The position numbers were made by a program, and so were the translations under genes. 64,000 bases of DNA from Squalus acanthias (taxonomy: Eukaryota), in the NCBI GenBank assembly GCA_030390025.1, contig JASTWF010000244.1:310001-374000 (forward strand), written 5' to 3'. Shown piece by piece: positions 49,476-61,630 of this stretch. The notes under the pieces were generated by a model. The model had not been told where the DNA came from. It made no database searches and worked only from the letters and a program-made list of their open reading frames with translations. Each line of letters opens with the position of its first letter. The first letter of the stretch is position 1.

Positions 49476-49933
49476 AGGATGTTGATGGTGGGGGATTCGA
49501 TGATGGTAATGCCGTTGAATATCAAGGGGAGGTACTTAGACTCTCTCAGAGATAATCATTACCTGGCACTTGTGTGGCGTGAATGTTACTTGCCACTTAT
49601 AAGCCCAAGCCTGAATATCGTCCAGGTCTTGCTGCATGCAGGCAAGGACTGCTTCAGTATCTGAGGAGTTGTGAATGAAACTGAACACTGTGCAATCATC
49701 AGCGAACATCCCCACTTCTGACCTTATGTTGGAGGGAAGGTCATTGATGAAGCAGCTGAAGTTGATTGGACCTAGGACACTGCCCTGAGGAACTCCTGCA
49801 GCGATGACCTGGGGCTTAGATGATTGGCCTCCAACAACCGTAACCATCTTCCTTTGTGCTAGGTAGGACACCAGCCAGTGGAGAGTTTTCCCCCTGATTC
49901 CCATTGACTTCAATTTTACTAGGGCTCCTTGAT

Positions 49934-52369
49934 TATGTAGGATTACATAGGATATACGGCACAGAAACAGGCCATTCGACCCAACCAGTCCATGCCGGCG
50001 TTTATGCTCCACTCGAGCCTCCTCCTGTCTTTCCTCATCTAATTTTATCAGCATAACCCTCTATTCCCTTCTCCCTCATATGCTTATCTAACCTCCCCTT
50101 AAATGCATCTATACTATTCGCTTCAGCCACTCCCTGTGGTAGCGAGTTCCACATTCTCACCACTCTCTGGGTAAAGAAGTTTCTTCTGAATTTTTATTTG
50201 ATTTTTTGGTGACTATCTTATATTGATGGCCTCTAGTTTTGTTCTTCCCCACAAGTGGAAACACTCTCTCTGTATCTACTCTATCAAAATATTTCATGAT
50301 TTTAAAGACCTCTATTCGGTCACCCCTCAGCCTTCTCTTTTCAAGAGCAAAGAGACCCAGCCTGTTCATCCTTTCCTGATAGGTACACCCTCGCATTTCT
50401 GGTATCATCCTTGTAAATCTTCTCTGTACCCTCTCCAGTGCCTCTATATCCTTTTTATAATATGGCAACCAGAATTGCACGCAGTACTCCAAGTATGGTC
50501 TAACCAAGGTTCGATGCAAGTTTAGCATAACTTCACTACTTTTCAATTCTATCCCTCTAGAAATAAACCCTAGTGCTTGGTTTGCTTTTTTATGGCCTTG
50601 TTAACCTGTGTCAATACTTTTAGTGATTTGTGCATTTGTACTCCAAGATCCCTTTGCTCCTCTCCCCCAATTAGATTCTTATTTTCCAAGTACAGGAAAC
50701 TCTTTATTAACCGGCACCGACGGGACCGGCGTGGTGCCGGTTAATCCAAAAGTCCGGATAACGGAGAGTTATATCTCCCAATGTACGAGAGCCCCTGTTT
50801 ATCCCTCCCTGTTAATCATCGATCACAAAAAACTACTGCCAGAGTAGAACTGACGAATACCTCCGTGCTGCCAAAGACTGCAACCAGTTCCAGTTCCCAC
50901 TTTCACAGCCACCTCATCCTCCCTCGAACCGATGGAAATCACCCCTGCCACACTCCTCCTCACACACACTGACATGCGCCTGCATTCGGAGCTCCGTCTC
51001 CCCGGGGACCGCCAGCTGACCATCTGTCGTGTCCGCTGCCTACCCGGGCTGTACATTCCCCTCCCAATCTACACGCTCCGATACAAGGCAAATGCCTCGG
51101 GGTTTTTTTTAAAGTTAATTTTAAACGAGAGATGAAGAAAAACCCCGGTTACCTACTCAAGAATTTTGCCGGTTAAGAGAGATTTCCGGATATTTGGGTG
51201 CCGGTTAATAAAGAGTTTACTGTAATATGTGACCTCCCTATTTTTCTTACCAAAATGTAATACCTCACATTTATCTGTGTTGAATTTCATTTGCTAATTA
51301 TATGCCAATTCTGCAAGTTTATTAATGTCTTCTTGTAATTTGTTGCAGTCCTCGAGGCCCTGCTTTTTAATTTAGCTCCTAACTTCTGATATTCCCTCTG
51401 CGGGACCTCCTCTCTCTTCCTACCTAAGTCGTTTGTTCCGACATGGACCATGACAACTGGATTTACCTTCTCCCTTTCCAAATTCCTCTCCAGCTGCCAC
51501 GAGATATCCCTTACCCTGGCATTGGGTAGGCAACACACCCTTCGGGATTCTCGTTCTTGGCTGCAGAGAACGCTATCTCCCCCTAATTATAGAATCCCCT
51601 ATCACTACCACATTTCTATTCTGCTCTTCCCCCACTTTGGACAGCCTTTTGAGGCACGGTGCCTTGGTCTGCATTGTGGCTGTCCGCCCCACAGTCTTTC
51701 TCTTTGTCCTCACAGGTAGCGAGTATATCGTACCTGTTGATCAAGACCAGTGTCTGCGGGACCTCCTTCTCAACCTCTCCTAAGTCCCTGCTACCCGGCG
51801 CCCTAACAGTCACACCCTCCCTTTCCTGAACCTGTGCTTTCCTCTGGGTTGTGACTGTATTCTGGATAAAACTATCCAGAAATTCCTCCCCGTTCCTTAT
51901 GTTTCAGAGTGTCTCCCACTCGCACTCCAGCTCAATGACTCTGAGCCGGAGTGACTGAAGGCAGAGACATTTCTTGCAGCTATGGGAATCCAGGACAGTC
52001 TCGCTGTCCACAAACTCCCACATACTACAGTCCTGACACATAGCCTGCCTATCCATCTCTAGACTTTTTTATTTATTTGCTTTATTAATTTGTTAAAGTT
52101 TTTAATCAAACAATTATTTATAGTTATATTAATTAATTAGTTTATCTAGTTAAATTAATATTTAATAGCATAATAGTTATAGTTCCCCAGCTCTTAGTTT
52201 AAAAAAGAACTGTAATACTCACCAATCAATCAATCACCTACCTGCTGTCCTGTGACGTCACTCCTTTTTTAAAAAATCGTCGCTCAGGTCCGCTGTGTCC
52301 TGAACCTTCTCCGCTTCCGCTCCTGCTCCTTATGTTGCTGCCGCCGCTCCTGCTTGGGTCCACTGTGTG
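49934..52369 (-). mobile_element. CR1 LINE with 5' UTR, ORF1 esterase-like fragment and RT C-terminus; large internal deletion
   Basis: VVMVHVGTNDLGR (SGNH-like ORF1); LVRPYLEYCVQFW..LERVQRRFTRMIP. Confidence 0.8.
50693..51222. mobile_element. Tc1/pogo (Tigger-like) MITE
   Basis: 26-bp TIR cag(g/t)aaactctttattaaccggcacc; TA TSD. Confidence 0.85.
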
Positions 52370-53079
52370 GATGCCACACTCAGTCAAATGCTGCCTTGAT
52401 GTCAAGGGCAGTCACTCTCAACTCACCTCTGGAATTCAGCTCTTTTGGCCATGTTTGGACCAAGGCTGTAATGAGGTCTGGAGCCGAGTGGTCCTGGCGG
52501 AACCCAAACTGAGCATCAGTGAGCAGGTTATTGGTGAGTAAGCGCTGCTTGATAACACTGTCTATGACCCCTTCCATCACTTTACTGATGATTGAGAGTA
52601 GGCTGATGGGGTGGTAATTGGCCGGATTGGATTTGTCCTGCTTTTTGTGGACAGGACATACCTGGGTAATTTTCCACTTTGTCGGGTAGATGTCAGTATT
52701 GTAGCTTTAATGGAACAGCTTGGCTAGAGGCACGGCTAGTTCTGGAGCACAAGTCTTCAGCACGATAGCCGGGATGTTGTTGGGGCCCATAGCCTTTGCT
52801 GTGTCCAGTATGATCAGCCATTTCTTGATATCACGTGGAGTGAATCGAATTGGCTGAAGACTGGCTTCTGTGATGGTGGGGACCTTAGGAGAAGAATGTT
52901 ATAATGTTCTAACATTATAACTCACATATTTTTATACGGTTGCAAGCTTGTCGTCTTGACTGCTTAAGCTAGCTTCAGCAAGACTAGACTGCAGTTCCCC
53001 AGGAGCTCCAATGTATTGTATCATTTACAGGTTTAATTATGTAGAACAAATGTGTGTACCATATGGCATCATATTCTGT

Positions 53080-53700
53080 GGGCTGGATTTTGATACTGGG
53101 GCGGGTTGGGGTCGTGTCATCCACTTTTCGTGTTATCCACCCGACTGCAATTGGATGTGGGAGATTGATGCGATTTTCACTTAATTGGGCAATTGAGTTC
53201 CAGCATGTGGGAACCCATGACCCAATTAGTGTTTTCAGTCTGAAAGTCGCCTCTGATGTCATCTTTGCTGTTGCATTGTGGGTCTGCAAAGATTGCCTGG
53301 CCTTTGCTGTGAGAGGACCTGGAGGCAAAATGAGCAGCAGCAGCCCTAAGTCTGCTCCCAGATACTTTTGCACCACCACTCCCAGCTATGTCTCCCATCC
53401 ACCAACACTCCCAGATATGTCTCCCATTCACCAACACTGCCAGCCAGCCAGCGAGCGAGCGATAGTCAGCTATCCAAATGTGCTCCCGCCAGGTTTCACA
53501 TTCATGGTTCAGAACAGGCGTGCTTCACGTAGAACAAGGGTTAAAATCACAAAGGCCTTTCAAAATGGCATTATAGAGGCAATTTAGTGCTTGTTAAGGG
53601 CCTTAACAGCCTATCCCGCCTGCCCGCCCGCCAGTTTTCATAATTTTAACCCCCCACACGCCTCCAAACCCACCTCCACGGGTTAATGAAAATCCAGCCC
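53080..53700. mobile_element. Harbinger-type MITE
   Basis: TIRs gggctggatttt / aaaatccagccc; TGT TSD. Confidence 0.8.
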
Positions 53701-53776
53701 TGTGTGTCTACTGCTGATACAACTGCTAACATTTGTTGTGCATGCCTTTGATGTCTTAGGTTGTTTATTTCACTAT

Positions 53777-54458
53777 TGAAGTGGAGTATTTGAAATAAAC
53801 ACTCAACACCAGGTCTGCGCTCGAAGATTCAAGCAGTCTTTATTCACACTGGTGGGGGGACAACCTGCTATCTGTCTAGCCAGGCTTCTCTCCGATGATA
53901 CAAAGTTTTAAGCAGTCTTTTATACAAAATTTAGGTACATAATTAGCCTCGTGCACGATCCATCTTAACAATTTGATTGGGTTTCGCCCCGTCTGCACAT
54001 TCACTGATTGGTTGCCTGTGCCGCGTTACATTAAGGTACCGCCTTTATTACCGGAAAAGTATATGTCCGTTATCACCGCAAGCTGTTGTTGCAAATATGA
54101 CCTTTGTTTATGCCAGGTGGGGTCTCACCAATATTGTACTTCTGACTCATTGTCCTGCTTTCCTGCCCCTCTAGGACTTTTTCCTTCCGACTCATTGTTC
54201 TACTTTCCTGCCAGAGCAGAACTTACATCCTCTCGGCCTCTTATGGTTCAACGTCCGGCTATTTGCAATTGTCTCCAAGTCACACAGCTTGCAGTCGTCA
54301 ATCATTCTAACTCGACTGCAAAATCAACGTCATTCTTGGGTTATCTCAACTGCCAGTTCAGCAACTTAGAAAAAGCTTACTATTGCAAAGGCCTATTAGC
54401 TCATTCGATTCCCATTCTTAACCCTTTAATTATAGTAGAGCTCGAAAGCCCCACTTCA
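53777..54458 (-). repeat. ERV 3' LTR (682 bp)
   Basis: Inverted ends tgaagtgg..ccacttca; PPT aaaaagggggac just upstream on the minus strand; TATAAAA at 53918-53924 and AATAAA at 53839-53844 on the minus strand. Confidence 0.85.
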
Positions 54459-54691
54459 GTCCCCCTTTTTGGAACTTGCACAATAGTTCAAGTAAACCAC
54501 CCAACCCACACGCTTCCTTTTCCCATTACATCTTGAGTGATCAGCTCAATTTGGTCATAGGAGGTGTGTGGCTTCAGGTGTGTCAAATTGTGAGAATTAT
54601 TGTTATTCATCCTTCCCCTGCCATTAATTAAAAGCCTACCACTACAAGAGCCCATTAATCTATTTGTCTCCCTATGCTTATTCTTAGTAAC

Positions 54692-56603
54692 TCAGATCAT
54701 TCCAGAGCGCATTAATTTTTCCTGTTCCTTCACTAAAGCTTTTGCCTTTCTCTTCCTCTGTACTCTTTTACATCCCGCACATGCCATTAAGAGTAACATT
54801 ATTACCAATACAAGTTGCACAATTACCAATACATGTGAGATTATACGAATCCATGGATGTATATCAACATTCAGTCCCCAATCCCATACACGTTCCCACC
54901 ATTGAGTGTCTTTCAGGGTTTCTTTGATGTCCTTTGAATGCTGTATGGAATCTTTCAAGATCTCATGATAATGTCGTATGCTCTTCTCAGTGTCCTTTTT
55001 CAATTGAGTCAAGTGTTCTTTGAGACGTGGAATGTCTTGCCAACTCGGTATCTCATATTGTTTCATTTCATCATCCCAGCTCGGGTTGTTTAAGGTGATG
55101 TTCTCGGCGTGTTCCTCTCGTTGTGGGAATAGGTATCGATTGCCTAGCTTGACCACAGTTTTAGGCGTAAAACAGAAGTTAGGTTGTGGGATCGCACATT
55201 CAGTACCACCATGATCGTACTTATTTTCGTTAGTAGATATACAGTACCCCCCATTATCCCGGGCTGCCACCTCAGTTCCTCTATGACTGAGGGAACTAAT
55301 CTCCAACGTGCAGTTAACTGTCTGAGTGAACCTACACATCGTGCATTGCCCTCCCTCCATGGGGTGTGCGCACACTACCACATCCAAATATTGAGTGCAA
55401 CCTTCGATTTGCACCCCTTGGAATGTGTCACTTTGTTTTACCGCATAAGGGGCGTATCGTGGAATTTTACCCGGGATTGACCTTGTACTTCACCTATGTT
55501 CTGTACTGCCCACAGAGGTTCGGCCTCCGAGACCTCTGTTTGTGGAATAGCTAAAATCATACCTATCAGTTTCAGTTTTTTAGTAATGCAATTACTTGGA
55601 GATAGGAACACTTGTGTTGTTTTCCGCACATCGCAGAGGGCAATACCGTCGCGTGTCCATTATGACAACTGATCATTACTTATCCCATCGGGTATCTTAC
55701 CCTGTTTAATCTGGTTTATATTATGTTGGATATTCCCTAGTAACCATGTGCCGTACATTGCACATACGAGTTCTTTGTGTTTCTTGGGTTAGATCATTCA
55801 GTCGTGCACTTATTTTATTAATGGTTTGGGCATGAGGCTCTCGGATCTCCTCGACCTGCAGCATCTATCTAGCGATTTCTTCCCCTGTTCCTGATAACCG
55901 GGAAGTCAGATCGTTACCCTTCTTCAGAAGGGTCCTTAAGCGTTGAGCTAAGTCTTGGACTTCTTGGTCTATACTGCTTATGTCAAAGGTGTTAACAGTT
56001 GCCACCCCCGCCGCATACCCTGCTCCTGCCATTTCTAGGACCTCCCTCTTTTTCCTATTTAATCGCCCTTGTGGTCCTATTAATTGTTTCTTTAATAAAT
56101 TCTCCCATAATCCCGTCGTGTGTTTATCACATTGCTCGGGTAAGGCTATCCTGCTGATATTAAGGGCAATTTTAATCGTTTGGTGGAACACTCCAAAATA
56201 TCCCACCTTTCTGGTTTGTTTCACAACCAGACCTCCTCGGGCTCCCTCTCATATTTCGGGACATGGCAGAGGGGGCAGCGGGGTTGGCTTTTGTCCCCTT
56301 CTTACTTCATACCTTCCATTTGATTTACAATATCTACCGGTGTTCTCGTCCGCGCCCCGGCATTGTCGAGGCATTCAATGGACACTGCATCTATTCGTCG
56401 CATCCTACTTATGATGCCTCTATTTTAGAAGGAACATTGAACACAACCGCTCTTCATACCAGATTACTCCCTACAGTATCCTTGATGGATTTACAATATA
56501 CTTACTATATTTCTTATCTCTTCTTATGGATGGTTAATGAGGTAATGCCTCCTGTATTCCAGGCCTGACCTTGTAAAGTCATTACAACCACTATAGAATC
56601 CAT
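54692..56603 (-). pseudogene. Retroviral-type envelope, F-protein-like (lokiretrovirus-like), disrupted
   Basis: Furin site RKKR (56045-56056), Gly/Ala fusion peptide, heptad region, Cys-rich middle, second heptad, Trp-rich MPER, TM and basic tail; several stops and frameshifts. Confidence 0.78.
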
Positions 56604-58153
56604 CTTTAATATGTGAATATATAATTTCTATTAACAAAGGCATACTATGACTATTCTACCTGGTGCACCTATATTTACAAGGTGCTTGAAGGAGATGGTA
56701 CCAGAGGTGTAGAGGGAGAGACCAAGATGATAAAGGCCACACCACCACCTGGACTCAATGTCCTGCCAAATGCAATTGTTCAGTGGCATGTTTTTACAAC
56801 AGATGGAAGAGAATATACAATATGGCAAAGCCTCTGAATAATTGATCAGCTGCGAGAAGGGACCATTGATAGATACAACACTGGTTTGCAAGGCTATTTG
56901 CCTGATCATTAATACTGAATCATTAGAAAATAAGAGGAAGATTCTATGTTAAAATAATCCATCTGCAATCTGGGCTCCACACTGAAACCATTGAGAATTT
57001 TCAGTTGGAGCTGAATGAGAATCTGGAATTTTTACACCAGACACCCAGTGGGGTACAAGCATGATTACAGTCCGCCTTTGTATCAGGTTCCTGTGCACGG
57101 AGGATGCCTTCGTGCTGCACTGAGCATTACTGATGCACCCTGGGAAATTGGGTACACTGCACAATCCAAATTCAGCTGATAAGAGTCACAGCTCCGGACA
57201 AGAATATCAAGTCCAAGTGCAGTCGTTTGTGAGGTTAAGACAGTCAAGTAAAACTTCTGTGAAAATATTAAAATATATAAAAGACAATTCAATAGATAAA
57301 TGTAATTGTTATTGTGAAATATATTTTACAAATGTTTTTTATATAATCCCTTAGAAATGTTAAAACTGCAAATTTTAGTTACTAAGAAAGCATGGCAGAT
57401 GAAAACCTTTCAGATGAGAGATTGAAGCCGGTTTAGGCTTCAAATAGTGTTATTAGGTTTGTTTAAAGTGCTGTTAACAAATAAAGTGCATGCAGAAGAG
57501 TACTATTCTTACACAATGGCTGTATAAAATTGGCAGGCCTATTTTATACCACACCTATTTAGATGAGCATTTAGATAGGCACTTGAAACACCATAGCATA
57601 CAAGGCTACGAACCAAGTGCTGGAAAATGGGATTAGAATAGATAGGGCTTGATGGCCGGCGCAGACACGATGGGCCGAAGGGCTTCTTTCTGTGCTGTAT
57701 AACTCTATGACCTATCTTTTTCACTCCAGTACTCATTCTTGGCACAGTTTCTAAAAAAACTTTGTTTCCTTTTTCTGGTTCAAACTTCCTCTCAGTTCCC
57801 AGAGAGTCTTAAATATCCTGTTTTATCTTTGATTTTCCTGGTGTTCACATTGAATTCAATATGGGCAGAAAATGCTGAATTTTCTTACACTGATAAAAAA
57901 ACAGAAATTGCTGGAAACACTCAGCAGGTCAGGCAGAATATATGAAGAGAATGGACAAGTCAACATTTTGTTTCTGCGCAGTTTATCAAAACTGTCTTAA
58001 ACTATCTTGATTATTTAATTGTCTTTTTGATAATCTCCAGTTCCAAGTGGATGACTCAATGATGTAGATAATGGATTTGTTCTAACCTCCGAAACAATGT
58101 CCTCCTGGCTCAGTTAATACATCAAACCAGCACCAATGTCAAGAAGAAATAAC

Positions 58154-58841
58154 GGGGGAAAAATTTGGTATCGACCATTTTGGGGCGCTAACACCGCAAA
58201 TTCAGTTTTAGCGCCCCAAGAGGGGTTGGAGTGCTAATTCAAGCGCTCCACTTCCTTCTTACAGCGCTAACCCCGAATATCGGGGCGGTGCAATCTGCAG
58301 CGCTACGCACTGGGCCACGTAGCCCTGCCGCATGGAAGGGCTCCTCCCCTCATTAAAGGGGAGGGCCCAAGCCTACAACTCTGTGGGGCCCTACCTGGAC
58401 CACCGGGGAGCGGGGTGCCGTGCCAGTAGCCGGCACACAAGAGGAGTGCCGGGCTGCCAGATCGCGGCACGGACCCTGCGTTCAAAGACACAACAGGCCG
58501 TGACGAGCAAGTTGAACGATCGTTTTTCCCCGCCCGCCACCTCCCCTTTACTTAGCGCCCCGCGAGCCTCCTGCCGCTCCGTTCCTGCCCCCTGAATCGG
58601 TCGCTGTCATTACCCGGTGCAGATTGCAGGCGGGCCGAAAATGGGGTGCTGCGCACGGTGATGACGTCGTTATCGCCTGCGCAGCGGCGTGGAGCACTGC
58701 CAGTTACCGCCGCTGCTAAATTCCTGCTGAATTTAGCGGGGGTCGTTAGCGGCGCCGCACCCAGGCAAAAAGTCGTTTGCGGCACATTAGTACCCCTCAG
58801 AGGCGCTAACAGGAGGTGCTAAGGTACCCAATTTCTAGCCC
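58154..58841. mobile_element. GC-rich Harbinger-type MITE
   Basis: TIRs gggggaaaaatttggta / tacccaatttctagccc. Confidence 0.7.
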
Positions 58842-58919
58842 AAAATCTCCAGGTGACCAGATAAACTGGCGCTGGTTGGCCTTCTTAAGGATGAACCTGT
58901 TTTGTGATTTATACAGTCT

Positions 58920-59815
58920 GGGGGAAAAATTAGGTCGCGCCCCATTTGGGGCGCAAATATCATCTGGACGCAAATATTAGCGCCTGGCGCTAATTATCGG
59001 CACTGACTGGAAACTTCACTTTTACCGCCCCGGGAGGTGAGTGGAGCGCTAAATCAGGCGCTGCACACCTGTCTTAAGGCGCAAAGGCCAAGGAGTGAGG
59101 CGCTAACTCAGAGCGCTGGCGAAGCTCATGTAATGTCAGTCAGCAATGGAACACACACACAATGGCACGGGCCAGTTCTTAAAGGGGTTGGTTAATCTTG
59201 CTTTCCATCCACATCCTGTTCATTGCAGCCTTGAATCTCGGCCTGGAGAGACTTGCACATCAAATGTGCTGGAAAGAACAATGGAGAGTACCAGGCAAAG
59301 AGCTCAGAGTGCAGCTCCCACAGTCTCTGCTAAATCGATACAAGGAATGGCAAATCAAAATGAACCTGCAAAGTGCTGCTCAGTACCCAAAACTCCTTCA
59401 CACAATGTTGAATCTCTCCAGAAGTCTCTCCCTCTCTCTCTCAGAATGCGTAGTTCAAAAATGCCACCAACAATAAAAGACAGGAAGAGGCCCCCTTTAA
59501 ATAGCGCCCCCCCCCCCAGCCCCACAGCGATTGATAGCGTTCCAGTCTTCTGGTCGTTGGATGCGCCAGGCGGTAAGGCAGGGGGCGCCACTCAATTTCC
59601 GCTCCGGGGCGCCACAAGGGCGTTGCACCATGGAATGACGTCACAATCTGCGCGCGCAGGTGGTCGCAGCGGTAAAGTTTAGCGCCGCCGCACAATCTCT
59701 AGTTAAGTTCCCGAGCGGCGCAAACATCGCTGCGCCCGGGCGTTAGCGGCTTTGCGCCCCATTAGCGCCCTCTTAAGGCGCTAACGGGAGGCGCAACAAA
59801 CTGAATTTTTACCCC
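58920..59815. mobile_element. GC-rich Harbinger-type MITE
   Basis: TIRs gggggaaaaattag / ctgaatttttacccc; many agcgc(c/t) palindromes. Confidence 0.7.
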
Positions 59816-61630
59816 AATGTATTTTACATATACATAGCTGTTCAACTCCTCTCTAGCTCAGAGGAAAGAGTGCTAGCACTGAGCAAAGGCTGACACTTTA
59901 AATAATAAAGTGAATTAAAATAAATTATAGAAAATGACCACTCGGATCAGCAGCCAATGCAGATCAGTCCTCGGCTTCAACAGCAACAGAAGAAATGTAG
60001 TATGGCGAGAAAACAGCTAAACTGACATGGCCAGCAGTTCATTTGGTGCATTTGGGGTTTGTCTGACATCAGAAGTTCAACATGATCTTTTAGTAGAAGA
60101 TTATCTTCATGTGGTAGCAGTCCAACATCACGTGCCTTACACTTGAGTGTCTGCTATTGACTTGGATTCTCTGTGCAAAGAAAACAAAATACTATAACAT
60201 TCAAGTATTGTTATAGAATAATTTAATTTTAGCATCAATGAATGTCATACCCTTCAGTGATCAAGGGAGCAGTTGATTACTAGTAATTTTTATAGCCAAT
60301 TATCTTGGTGCAGAAAGTCTGGGCATGAAGACTGCCATGGCTACCATTAGAACTTGTTAACAAATTCCATGTAGGTTTATCACGGCAGTACATGTTTTAC
60401 ACTGTAGACCAAGAAAACAATTTGAGAAAATATTGGGGGTGGATCGACTTAATTTAAAAGGAGAGTCTAAAGGGAATACCTACTGTTCAAAGTCTATATA
60501 ATTATTACATTAAAAAAATGTCTTGCCCCTTATAGAAAACTGCCATTTCCACTTTTTTCCTCCAGAGTAGTTGTGGTGATGTCACTGATAGGAAGCAGCT
60601 TCCTTGGTCCTGCAGCAACTCCATTCCTCTTAACATTCACTTCCTGTACTTTCATACATTCTTTACCAGAAAGAAAAATGTCTTTCCGCTTCAAAATTTC
60701 CAGTGATCTGAGTCAGATTGTTATCACAATTAGTGGGCAATATGTCTCCCCTTCAGGCAGCCTGACATTCAGTTTTAACCTTTATTGATGTAAGTATTTG
60801 ACTCCCTTTAAGGAGGTTTCTTGCTTGGGTTTATAGATAAATGGGATTCATGCAGAACCAGTTCTCATTCAAAACAATTCACCAGAAAATCTTATTCAAG
60901 TGAAATATTAGAGTGGGAGCAAAGAATCAAAAAAGGAATATGGCCCTGAAATTGCACTGGCCTCCCAGCACGCTCCCACGGTTCCTCCATCGGAAGTGCA
61001 ATCGACAGTTCTCTCCCTCCTCTCACTGTCGCTCCTTGCCACCCTCACTGTTTCCCTTTTCTTCTCCTCTTCTCTCTCTGCCCTCACTGTTGCCGCTCAC
61101 CCTTTCCCCTTTCATCTCCCCTTCCCATCACCCGCTTTTGCATTAATCTCCCCTTCCCCTTACTTTAAACCTCATCTCCCGCATCATTTCTCCTTCCCCT
61201 CCCCTCCCTTCCCCTCAGTATTGCACCTCATGTCCCCTACGGTTTCTTCCTTCACTGTTGCCACTCACCTCCTATTTCAATTCCAGGAGTTTCAGTCTGG
61301 AGTGTTATTCAAGTGGATTTAGTCAACAGAGAGTCTAACAGAAGGAATGTTCAGGGTGGGGGAAACAAAATTTGCATTTCCTGCTTCAGAAGTCACAGCA
61401 AAATGCATTTTTTCTCCAGGATGCCCACCTCTGCTAATGTGGAGTTTTGGGCTTTATTTGCTTTTAAATTTACATTTAATTATATAAAAAATTCAAATTT
61501 GAATTAGGAAAGAAAGTGTCTGCCTTTGTCTATCTGTCCCTTTCTTTCTGGCTGTCTCAGAGGTGTTAGCAATTAAAATCTGTCTCACAAGGGTAAGTAA
61601 TTAACAATTACTTTTTCCAACTGTCAACAA

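Larger units (their letters stand above)
49476..52890 (-). mobile_element. Second copy of the 31.2-32.9 kb LINE family, split by a nested CR1
   Basis: Sequence agggctccttgat|gccacac rejoins across 49934-52369; GVPQGSVLGP and FADD motifs. Confidence 0.8.
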
